DNA of 64,000 bases, from positions 270,382,001-270,446,000 of the forward strand of contig OZ024740.1 of the NCBI GenBank assembly GCA_964016885.1, read 5' to 3'. The stretch is from Eledone cirrhosa (Eukaryota). The position numbers and the translations under genes are program-made. The notes beneath the pieces are model-generated. The model did no database searches and was not told the origin of the DNA. It was given only the letters and a program-made list of their open reading frames with translations. Shown in pieces: positions 10,018 to 22,426 of this stretch. Positions within the stretch are counted from its first letter, which is position 1; every line of letters begins with the position of its first letter.

Positions 10018-13000
10018 GTCCTGGGTATGACATTAAACTACATCCAGTGGCAAGGCTCCAGTTCGGGAGTTCAGGAGATGTGGGGAATGTGGAGTTACCC
10101 CTTAGTTGTCATGACTCCCAGGTTTGCCCTGGCCCGGGGTGGTAGTACCTGTTAGGGCTCCATTTATGGGTTAAATAACTACCTTATTCGAGTGGCGCCG
10201 GTAAGGTATTGTCAGCCATTGAAAAGAAATATGGAGAGTCGATCTAACAGCACTAGGGTTAGAGCCCCTAATTACACTGTCAAGGAGCAGCCTGGTCGTT
10301 ATGACTCTGCTGGCTTAGAGCCACAGAGAGGACCAGTGGATGATGGATCAGCTGTCTCTGAGACAAATATAAAGAATGCAGTTTTGTCCTGCAGAAGAGC
10401 CATCAAAATGGGCACTTTGAATGTGAGGACTATTCGAACGCTGGAGAAGAGAGAGGAGTTGGGACATCTGTTCGAGGAGAGTGGTATACAGATACTTGCG
10501 ATCCAAGAACACAGGATTCTACACGATGAGCCCGTGAGGAGTGTGATGATCGGGAGGAAGTGCCAGCTCATCACTACATCGGCAGTGAAGAACACAACAA
10601 ATGCTGCAGTGGGAGGAGTGGGTTTTGTGTTCAGTGCAAAAACCAATCTGTTGGTGAGGGAAATAATGCCTATCTCCCCGCGAGTGTTGAGGGTGACCTT
10701 CAATGGAAACCCAAGACTGACAGTCATCTCAGCCTATAGTCCAACCGAGGGGGACAGTGATGTGAATGCCGAGGAGTTCCATGAGGAGGTGTGTAGAGCT
10801 GTCAACACCACTCAGGCACACAATATCCTGCTTGTTTTGGGGGACTTCAATGCGCATCTGAGTAAGGAGGGCAGTGAAGATCCTTGCTGGTACTTCCATA
10901 ACAACACCAACCGAAATGGAAGACTACTGAGAGACACCCTGCTGGAGGCGAACTTGATGGCGACAAACCTAAGGTTTAGGAAGAATCTGGGGAAGATGTG
11001 GACCTACATCTCAGATATGCACCTGTTCAAGTCCCAGATTGATTTCATTCTGGTGAGGAAAAAGTGGCGGAATAGTGTTCTGAACACGGAACCATACAGC
11101 TATTTCAGTACACTGGGTAGTGACCACCGGCTTGTTATGAGTGAGGTCCGCGTGAGCTTAAGAAAGAGCAAGGCTCAGCCCCGGAGAACAATCTATGACT
11201 GGGGAGCTTTCAAGGAAGATGATAAGCTACAGGAGAGGTTCACAGTGGAAGTGAGAAACAGGTTTAGTGCTCTGTGTGGAGAGTCAGAGGAGAGAGAGAT
11301 TGGATGGACTGAGGAGAGTGTGACGAGGAGGTACGGGCACTTCCCCAATGCAGTGGCGAAAGCAAGTGAAACCCTGGTGCCGAGGAAAAAGAACAAAGGG
11401 AAGCACCTCAGCTCTGCAAACCCAAAAGTGTGTGCAGCCAGAGAACACCTGAAAGCTGCCAGGGACCAATTCTATGCTGATCCTACGGAGGAGAGGATGG
11501 AGACTGTGGAGGTGATGAGGGAAGAGCTCTGTACCGCTTACACTGAGGTCAGAGAGGAGGCACTGATAGAGAAGATCAGAAGTGTGGAGAGAGCGGTTGA
11601 CAGATCTGGATGTAAGGAGAGCTGGATGATCATCAACGAGATCACAGGGAGGAAGAAAAGGTGTTCGAGTCAGATCCAGGGAACGGGGCCCGAGGATAGG
11701 AAGAGGAAATGGCTAGACCATTTTAGGACCCTACTAGGAGAGCCACCCTCCACAGCCCAGAGCACTGGGGAGATCAGGCGGCTGTTTGAGGAACTGGATG
11801 TTGAGACAGAGCCCTTCACCAGAGAGGAGCTTCAGAGAGCCAAGAAGAAGATCAAGGAGGGCAAGGCTCATGGAGAAGATGGAGTGGCATCAGAGGTGAT
11901 GAAGAGGTGTGATTTTGATGATATCATCCTGGGGTTCTGTAACGGGGCACTGGAGAAAGGAGTTGCCCCGAATCAGTGGAGGATCAGTAACATCGTCCCA
12001 GTGCCAAAGAAGGGAGATCTCTCTAACACCAACAACTACCGGGGGATCTCACTGACGTCACTTGTGGCAAAGACCCTCAACAGGATGATTCTTAACAGGA
12101 TCCAGCCTGAGATGGAGAAGAAGCTCAGGGACAACCAGAACGGCTTCAGAGAGGGTAGATCAACCACCAGTCACATCCTGATGCTGAGGAGGATATTAGA
12201 GGGAGCTAGAGCAAAGTGCCTTCCTGCGGTCATGGTTTTCATTGACTTTAGGAAGGCCTTTGATTCTGTGGACCGTTACTGCCTGATGAAGATCTTACAG
12301 GCTTATGGAATCCCCAAGAGGATAGTGGACCTGATATCACTGCTCTACACCAACACCAAAGCCCAAGTCATTACACCTGATGGGATGACAGAGTTCTTTG
12401 AGATACTGGCTGGAGTGCTCCAGGGAGATACATTGGATCCCTACCTTTTTATCATCGTAGTGGACTATTGTATGCGCCTTGCACTGGAGAAACACCAGGA
12501 CTCTGGCTTTACTGTAGCACCGGCTCAGAGCAGGAGAGTTGGGGCGAAAAAGGTATCGGATGCTGAATTTGCCGACGACATAGTTTTGGTGACAAATACA
12601 GTGAAGGAGGCAGAGGATTTGATGCGGGAGGTTGAGACTGTGTCGATGAGTGTGGGGCTGAGAATGAATGAGACTAAAACAAAATATCTGGTAGAGAATG
12701 TTGAGAAGCCAGAGGGGATCACTAATGTAGGCGGGAAGCCGCTGGAATTGGTTGAGGACTTCCTGTATTTGGGAGCAAAGATTGGGAATACGGAAGATGA
12801 TGTGGTTGAGAGGAAGAGCAACGCCTGGGCGGCGTGTCACAGCTTGAGGTCGGTGTGGAAGTCGGACCTTCGTAGAGACCTGAAAATCCGCCTCTTCATT
12901 GCTGTAGTGGAGTCTGTGCTGCTGTATGGGTCTGAGACTTGGACACTGACCAAGAGACTCACTCAGATGGTGGATGGGTGCTACACGAGAATGCTGAGGA

Positions 13001-13329
13001 TGGCTCTGAACATTAATCAGTATACACTGAGGATGAAAAACTCAGAGCTGTATGGGAGTATCCCAAAAGTCAGCTCAAAAGTGACACAGAGGAGACTGAG
13101 GTTGGCTGTACATGCTCACCGACATCCAGAGTTGACATTGCACTCAGTGCTGCTTTGGGAGCCCCTACATGGACACACTAGAAGAGGAAGAGCAAGGTTA
13201 ACATATGTTGATGCCCTAAGGACAGACACTGGTCTGTTGGAGATGCAGGATATGGCAGCGATAATGAGGGACAGAGACCGCTGGAGAGAACTCGTCCATG
13301 GATCTCGGGAATTTTACCCGCCTTAGAGA
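10018..13329 (+). mobile_element. RTE-clade LINE, apparently full length, inserted in TA microsatellite
   Basis: ~200-bp non-coding 5' leader, then a single EN+RT ORF. The element ends 3 nt after the stop codon. An empty-site paralog lies at ~15560-15600. Confidence 0.92.
10192..13326 (+). CDS. RTE APE-endonuclease/reverse transcriptase polyprotein (intact ORF; first ATG at 10231)
   Basis: GTLNVRT, IQEHR, GGVGF, AYSPT, GDFNA, QIDFIL, SDH; NYRGISL, QNGFR, FIDFRKAFDSV, GVLQGD, FADD; C-terminal LLYGSETW and GRARLTY typical of RTE. Confidence 0.93.
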   Translation: MAPVRYCQPLKRNMESRSNSTRVRAPNYTVKEQPGRYDSAGLEPQRGPVDDGSAVSETNIKNAVLSCRRAIKMGTLNVRTIRTLEKREELGHLFEESGIQILAIQEHRILHDEPVRSVMIGRKCQLITTSAVKNTTNAAVGGVGFVFSAKTNLLVREIMPISPRVLRVTFNGNPRLTVISAYSPTEGDSDVNAEEFHEEVCRAVNTTQAHNILLVLGDFNAHLSKEGSEDPCWYFHNNTNRNGRLLRDTLLEANLMATNLRFRKNLGKMWTYISDMHLFKSQIDFILVRKKWRNSVLNTEPYSYFSTLGSDHRLVMSEVRVSLRKSKAQPRRTIYDWGAFKEDDKLQERFTVEVRNRFSALCGESEEREIGWTEESVTRRYGHFPNAVAKASETLVPRKKNKGKHLSSANPKVCAAREHLKAARDQFYADPTEERMETVEVMREELCTAYTEVREEALIEKIRSVERAVDRSGCKESWMIINEITGRKKRCSSQIQGTGPEDRKRKWLDHFRTLLGEPPSTAQSTGEIRRLFEELDVETEPFTREELQRAKKKIKEGKAHGEDGVASEVMKRCDFDDIILGFCNGALEKGVAPNQWRISNIVPVPKKGDLSNTNNYRGISLTSLVAKTLNRMILNRIQPEMEKKLRDNQNGFREGRSTTSHILMLRRILEGARAKCLPAVMVFIDFRKAFDSVDRYCLMKILQAYGIPKRIVDLISLLYTNTKAQVITPDGMTEFFEILAGVLQGDTLDPYLFIIVVDYCMRLALEKHQDSGFTVAPAQSRRVGAKKVSDAEFADDIVLVTNTVKEAEDLMREVETVSMSVGLRMNETKTKYLVENVEKPEGITNVGGKPLELVEDFLYLGAKIGNTEDDVVERKSNAWAACHSLRSVWKSDLRRDLKIRLFIAVVESVLLYGSETWTLTKRLTQMVDGCYTRMLRMALNINQYTLRMKNSELYGSIPKVSSKVTQRRLRLAVHAHRHPELTLHSVLLWEPLHGHTRRGRARLTYVDALRTDTGLLEMQDMAAIMRDRDRWRELVHGSREFYPP

Positions 13330-13339
13330 TATATATAAT

Positions 13340-13371
<32 letters not shown>

Positions 13372-14444
13372 ATATATATATATAATATATATATATATAT
13401 ATAATATATATATATATAAATCATATATATATAACATATATATATAAATATATCTATATCTATATTATATATATATATAATATATATATAATATAGATAT
13501 ATATAATATATATATAATATTTATATGTAATATATATATAATATATATATATATAATATATATATATATAATATATATATATATATATAATATATATATA
13601 TATATTATATATATAATATATATTTATATAATATATATATAATATATATATATATAATATATAAATCATATATATATAATATATATAAATATATATAATA
13701 TATATAATATTTATATCATACATATATAATATATATGTATAATATATATATATAATATATATATATATATAATATATATATAATATATATATAATATATA
13801 TATAATATATATATAATATATATATATAATATATATATATAATATATATATATATAATATATATATAATATATATATAATATATATATATAATATATATA
13901 TAATATATATATATATATAATATATATATAATATATATATAATATATCTATAATATATATATATAATATATATATAATATATATATAATATATATATATT
14001 ATATATATATATTATATATATATTATATATATAATATATATATAATATTTATATAATATATATACGTGTATATATAATATATACATATATATATAATAGA
14101 TACATATATATAATATATATATAATATATATACGTGTATATATAATATATACATATATATATAATAGATACATATATATAATATATATATAATATATATA
14201 TATAATATGCATATAATATATATATTATATATATATATGATAAATATATATAATATATATCTATTATATATAATATATATATATATAATATATATATATA
14301 TGATATATATATATAATATATATTTATAATATATAATATATATATATATAATATATATATATTTTATATATATATATATATATATAATATATATATATAA
14401 TATATATATTTAATATATATATATAATATATATAGATATATAAT

Positions 14445-14492
<48 letters not shown>

Positions 14493-14540
14493 ATAATATA
14501 TATATATATAATATATATATATATAATATATATATATAAT

Positions 14541-14905
14541 ATACGATATTAAACAAATGGAAACTATATTTATAAAACCATATTTATTTCATTATACATA
14601 TTTCAGGGATACCATATTAAAAATATGGCATGCCTTCTTCAGACAAAATACAATATATAAGCGGTTTTATAAATAAATTTGACGTACCATAAATATTGAT
14701 CAACTTTTATGTAAGAAGTTGGTTTCTTACATAAAAGTTGATCAATATTTATGGTACGTCAAATTTATTTATAAAACTGCTTATATATTGTATTTTGTCT
14801 GAAGAAGGCATGCCATATTTTTAATATGGTATCCCTGAACTGCAATATGTATAATGAAATAAATATGGTTTTATAAATATAGTTTCCATTTGTTTAATAT
14901 CGTAT
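14541..14905. repeat. Second copy of the pLTR palindrome (uninterrupted)
   Basis: Same arms and GTTGGT loop (14718-14723) as 8848-9190, but without the RTE fragment. Confidence 0.85.
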
Positions 14906-14981
14906 TGTATATATATATATTTTATATATATTATATATATATTATATATGTTATATATATATATATATTATATATATATAT

Positions 14982-15013
<32 letters not shown>

Positions 15014-15364
15014 ATATATTATATATATATATATTAAATATATATATATTATATATATATATATAATATATATATATATAGTATATATATATATAATATA
15101 TAATATATATATATATAATATATATATAATATATATATGTATATATATAATATACATATATATAATATATATATAATATATATATAATATATATATATTA
15201 TATATATATAATATATACACATATATATATAATATATATACGCGTACATATAATATATACATATATATGTAATATATACTTATATATAATATATATATAA
15301 TATATATAATATATAAATATAATATATATATAATATATATATAATATATATATAATATATATAT

Positions 15365-15408
<44 letters not shown>

Positions 15409-15597
15409 TATATATAATATAGATATATATAATATAGATATATATAATATAGATATATATATTATATATATAATATATATATAATATATATATATATAAA
15501 ATATATATATATAATATAGATATATATAATATATATATAATATATATATATAATATATATATAATATATATATATAATATATATATATATCTATAAT

Positions 15598-15629
<32 letters not shown>

Positions 15630-15766
15630 ATATATATATATAAATCATATATATATAATATATATATATAAATATATATATATCTATATTATATATATAT
15701 AATATATATATAATATAGATATATATAATATATATATAATATTTATATGTAATATATATATAATAT

Positions 15767-15798
<32 letters not shown>

Positions 15799-16075
15799 AT
15801 ATATATATATATATTATATATATAATATATATTTATATAATATATATATATATAATATATAAATCATATATATATAATATATATAAATATATATAATATA
15901 TATAATATTTATATCATACATATATAATATATATGTATAATATATATATATATAATATATATATATATATAATATATATATAATATATATATAATATATA
16001 TATAATATATATATATAATATATATATATAATATATATATATATAATATATATATATAATATATATATAATATAT

Positions 16076-19000
16076 GCCTTCTTCAGATAAAATACAATAT
16101 ATACGCAGTTTTATAAATAAATTTGACGTACCATAAAAATATTGATCAACTTCCATTTAAAAAATTTGGTTTGGTAGTGAGATGTTTGTAAATATTTAGT
16201 GTTAAGCACAGTTAGAAAGAAAGAAAGACGGAGAGAAGGAATAAATGTATGTAAAGAAAAACAGAGAGAGATAGAGAGAGATATGGGAGAGAGAAATAGT
16301 GAGGAGGTGAAAAAATTAGAGGCAGTTGAGGCAACAGATGAATAATAATTCATCATACAAATTGAGAGATTTATGAGGGAGGGAGTACTGTAATTATTTA
16401 TTTATTTATTTAGTTATAGTGTTAAGGAGACGGAGAAAGATAGAAAATAACTAAAGAAGAAACAACGTTACTTAGATTACATCATGTATAGAGGGAGGAG
16501 AAGAAAGCTATATCTAGAGAGAAGGATGACAGATTTACAACTTTACGTTATGTCCTATCATTTTGAATTATGAATTCATATGAATTGGGTATTATACTGT
16601 AAATATCAATATTCATGAATGAGACATAGATATATAATGTGTGAAAAATAATGACCATATGTTTAGTTTAAAAATTCTTAGGTCGATATATCAGAACCTG
16701 AGATAAAACCTCAAAAATACATAAGTATATATGTACTTTCCTGAAAAAGAAAGAAAGAGAAAAAGAGAAGGTCATCTCAAGTTCTAGTTGACACTATAGA
16801 TATAGACGTGAACATACGTGATCAGCTCTGTAATTTCTCATTTCACATGAAAAAATTTTCCTTTGCGTTATAAAAGATTTTACTATATATATATATATAT
16901 ACATACATACACATAGACAAAAAATATATATTAATACTAATATTCCTGCCCTCGCATACATGATTATCGTTCATGCATAGAATAGACAACAGATATCAAT
17001 ATATCAAAACGCTAAGAATACTTTCATCAAGGGCCTTAAAAAAACACAGTATGCCCCCCATATCAACCACAGAAATCGACCCTTCCAGTTTATCTGACAA
17101 TATATTGCCAAGTTCATTAGAAGCAATCAGAATCAAAAGCAAACAAAAACCAAAATTATTCATCAAGACTTAAATCATCTAATAAAAATATTTTCGACGA
17201 AAAAGCGCAGTATTACAATGAAGCGTTAGCTAGAGCAGGATATAGTGATAAAATTAAGTACATCGATAATAATAGGCAAACTAACCAAAATAACAACAAT
17301 TTTAATTACGGTAACAACTTTAACAACTATAATAGAAAACATTACAATAATTCCAAAAGCCAGAAAAGAAATAGAACTAGAAATATAATATGGTTTGCCC
17401 CCCCCTCCCCCTTCTCACTAAATATTAAAACCCACATTGCTAAACTATTTTTTAATGCTCTTGACAAACGCTTCCGTAGAACACATAAATATCACTCAAT
17501 TTTTAATAGACATACTATAAAATTAACTTACGCGTCCACCAAAAATTTAGCACAAAATATTAACAGAATAAATAATAGGAATCTAAAACCTATCCAAAAT
17601 ACCGATAATAGCCTAAACAATATTCAATTAAACAACTGTAACTGTAGAAATAGATCTAAATGTCCGTTAAATAACAATTGCTTAGTTAAAAATATAATAT
17701 ACAATTGTAATGTTAAAACTAACTTAAATTCTTTTAACTATGTTGGTTCCACCTCGACAGAATTTAAACTTCGCTATAGTAATCATAAGAATTCTTTCAC
17801 AGATCCAAACAAAAAATCTTCATCTTCACTATCAGGCTTACTCTGGCAACTTAAACATGATAACGTTGGATATTCGATGTTTTGGAATATAGTCTCAAGA
17901 GGGATTCCTTTTAATTCCTCATCTGAGACATGTGACCTCTGCGTGGAAGAGATATTCTTTATATTAAAATCTAAAAATTCCCTTAATTTAAGGAGCAATT
18001 TATTCAGTTGCTGCAGACATAGATTGAACTCAACGTTTAAATATAAATATAAATTTAAAATGTAGTATATTTAGTTAAGATATTTAATTAATTATGAAAC
18101 CTGACGATAAATCTTTCGATTCCTTCAACTTTTTCTTTTAAACCTTCTTCATAAATATATAATAATGATGTAATTAAACTACCCTAAAATGTTGATGCTC
18201 CCAATCTATTGAATAAATTTTACGCTAGATAAACTTCTATACTAAATATAAGAGCATCTGTAGAACAACAGGGTCTCCTAAATCTTTTAAATGATTTCTG
18301 CTAAATAAGCTTTGTTGAATAATTTTTGGTTTTTTGTTTGCTTTTTGATTCTGATTGCTTCTAATGAACTTGGCAATATATTGTCAGATAAATTGGAAGG
18401 GTAGATTTCTGTGGTTGATATGGGGGGCATACTGTGTTTTTTACGGCCCTAGATACTCTAGGGAGTGATGAAAATATTCTTAACGTTTTGATATCTCTGT
18501 GCCGATATATTAATATCTGTTGTCTCTGTGCAAAGGCCATATGTATTAATATGAATATGGAATGATTACAGAGTATATTCTATTGTATCTGTTTATTTTA
18601 TCTGTCCATGTACATATATGTGCGCACGCATATATATATATATATGTATGTGTGGCTATAGTTCTGGATATGTTACAGATATGCATAATATTCTATACAT
18701 GAACGATAATCATGTATGTGAGGGCAGGAATATTGATATATATTTGTATGTATATATATGTATGTATATATATATATATAGTAAAATCTTTTATAACACA
18801 AGGGAAAATTTTTTTTCCTGTGAAATAAGAAAATACAGAGTTGATCACGTAAGATCACGGGTATGTCTATAGTGTCAACTAGAACTTGAGATGACCTTCT
18901 CTTTTTCTCTTTCTTTCCTTTTCCGGAAAGTACATATATACTTATGTATTTCCGTATTTTTTGAAGTTTTATCTCAGTTTTTGGTACATCGACCTAAGAA

Positions 19001-19907
19001 TTTTTAAACTAAACATATGGTCATTATTTTTCACACATTATATATCTATGTCTCATTCATGAATATTGATATTTACATTATAATACCCAATTCATATGAA
19101 TTGATAATTCAAATTGATAGGACATAACGTAAAGTTGTAAATCTATCATCCTTCTCTCTAGATATAGTTCTCTCTTCTCCTCCCTCTTTATACATGATGA
19201 AATTTAAGTATCGGTTATTTTAACTTTGCCTCCCGAGCTTCTCTCTTGTTTTCTCCCTTACTTCTCTCCTATTTCTCTCACCTCCCCATATATAATTATT
19301 ATTATTTGGTCTACCTCTTTTTCCCCCCACCTCTATCTTTCTCTACCTCTCTGTTTTCTCTTTATTTATTTTTTATTTCTCTCCGTCTCCTTAACACTAT
19401 GACTAAATAAATAAATAAATAAATAATTACAGTACTCCCTCCCTCCTAAATCTCTCAATTTGTATGATGAATTATTATTATTCATCTGTTGCCTCAGCTG
19501 CCTCTCATTTTTCACCTCCTCACTATTTCTCTCTCCTCTATCTCTCTCTGTTTTTCTTTACATACATTTCTTCCTTTTCTCCGTCTTTCTTTCTAACTGT
19601 GCTTAACACTAAATATTTATAAACATCTCACTACCAAACCAACTTCTTACATAAAAGTTGATCAATATTTATGGGACGTCAAATTTATTTATAAAACTGC
19701 TTATATATTGTATTTTATCTGAAGAAGGCGTGCCATATTTTAAATATGGTATCCCTGAAATATGTATAATGAAATAAATATGGTTTTATAAATATAGTTT
19801 CCATTTGTTTAATATCGTATATCTACTCCAAAACTTGTTGAGTGCTTTATATCAGTTATAAAATATTTACTTGTTGTAACCCAACAATTTTAAATAAAAC
19901 TTTTGCA
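16076..19907 (+). mobile_element. 5'-truncated Hydra-like PLE with ~1.1-kb inverted pseudo-LTR copy
   Basis: 17165-18065 encodes the RT thumb (SSNKNIFDEKAQYYNEALARAGY), CNCRNRSKCPL and GIY-YIG (NIIYNC...YVGST...RYSNH...CDLC..E). 16076-17165 is an inverted copy of ~18320-19730. Confidence 0.85.
19715..19769 (+). ncRNA. HHR-like motif (cleavage-site region imperfect)
   Basis: TTAT-CTGAAGA-AGGCGTGCCATAT-TTTAA-ATATGGTATCCCT-GAAA-TATGT-ATAA. Confidence 0.5.
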
Positions 19908-21485
19908 AATATATAATATATATATATATAATATATATATATTTAATATATATATATATATAATATATATATATATATAATATATATATATTTTATATAT
20001 ATATATATAATATATATATATATAATATATATATATATAATATATATATAATATATAATATTATATATATATAATATATATATATATAATATATATAATA
20101 TATATATGTATATAATATATATATATAATATATATATATATTATATATATATATAATATATATATAATATATATATAATATATATATATATATAATATAT
20201 ATATATTATATATTATATAATATATATATAATATATATATAATATATAAATAATATATATATAATATATATATATCATATATATATAATATATATATATA
20301 AGATATATATATAATATATATATAATATATATATATATAATATATATATAATATATATATATAATATATATATAATATATATATATAATATATATAAATA
20401 TATAATATATATATAATATATATATATCATATATATATATAATATATATATATAATATATATATATAATATATATATATAATATATATATAATATATATA
20501 GAATATATATACATAATATATATATAATATATATATATAATATATATATATAATATATATATAATATATATAAGATATATATACATAATATATATATAAT
20601 ATATATATATAATATATATATATATAATATATATATATATAATATATATATATAATATATATACATGTATATATAATATATGCATATAATATATAATATA
20701 TACATATATATAATATATATATAATATATATATATAATATATAGAATATATATATATAATATATAATATATATATATATATATATAATATATATATAATA
20801 TATATAATATATATATAACATATATAATATATATATATATATAATATATATATATATATAATATATATATAATATATATATATAATATATATATAATATA
20901 TATAATATATATATAATTATAAAATATATAATACATATATATATAATATATATTATATATATAATATATATAATAAATATATATATAATATATATATAAT
21001 ATATATATAATATATATAATATATATATATATAATATATATATATAATATATATATATAATATATATATTATATATTATATATATATATAATATATATAT
21101 ATATATAATATATATATATATATATAATATATATTTAATATATATATATAATATATATATTATATATATATTATATATATAATATATATATATATTTAAT
21201 ATATATATAATATATTTATATATAATATATATATATATTTAATATATATATATATATATTTAATATATATATATATATAATATATATATATATTTATTAT
21301 ATATATATATATATATATTTAATATATATATATATTTAATATATATATATATTTAATATATATATATATATATAATATATATATATATAATATATATAAT
21401 ATATATATAATATATATATATAATATATATATAATATATATAATATATATATAATTATAATATATATAATATATATATATATATA

Positions 21486-21524
<39 letters not shown>

Positions 21525-21744
21525 ATATAAATATATATATATATAATATATATATATATATATAATATATATATACAATATATATATATAACATATATAT
21601 ATACATATAATATATATATATGATATAAATATATATATATAATATATATATAAATATAATATATATATATTTATATATAATATATATGTATATTATATAT
21701 ATATAATATATATATATATAATATATATGTATATAATATATATA

Positions 21745-21786
<42 letters not shown>

Positions 21787-22104
21787 TATATATAATATAT
21801 ATATATTTAATATATATATCTATATATAATATAAATATATATATATAATATATATATAAATATAATATATATATATATATATATAATATATATAATATAT
21901 ATATATATAATATAAATATAATATATATATATATAATATATATATAATATATATATATATATAATATATATATATTTAATATATATATATATATAATATA
22001 TATATATTTTATATATATATATATATAATATATATATAATATATATATATATAATATATATATATATATAATATATATATATATAATATATATATATATA
22101 ATAT

Positions 22105-22136
<32 letters not shown>

Positions 22137-22412
22137 ATATATATATATAACATATATATATAATATATTTATATATATATAATATAAATATATATAATAT
22201 ATATATATATAATATATATATATATAATATATATATATATATGTAATATAAATATATATAATATATATATATATAATATATATATATATAATATATATAT
22301 ATATAATATATATATATAATATATATATATATAATATATATATATATAATATATATATATAATATATATATATATAATATATATATATATAATATATATA
22401 TATATATATAAT
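19908..22412. repeat. 2.5-kb interrupted (TA)n tract
   Basis: TA repeats with periodic extra A. All I/Y-rich ORFs here are artefacts. Confidence 0.95.
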
Positions 22413-22426
22413 ATTTTAGCAGTATT

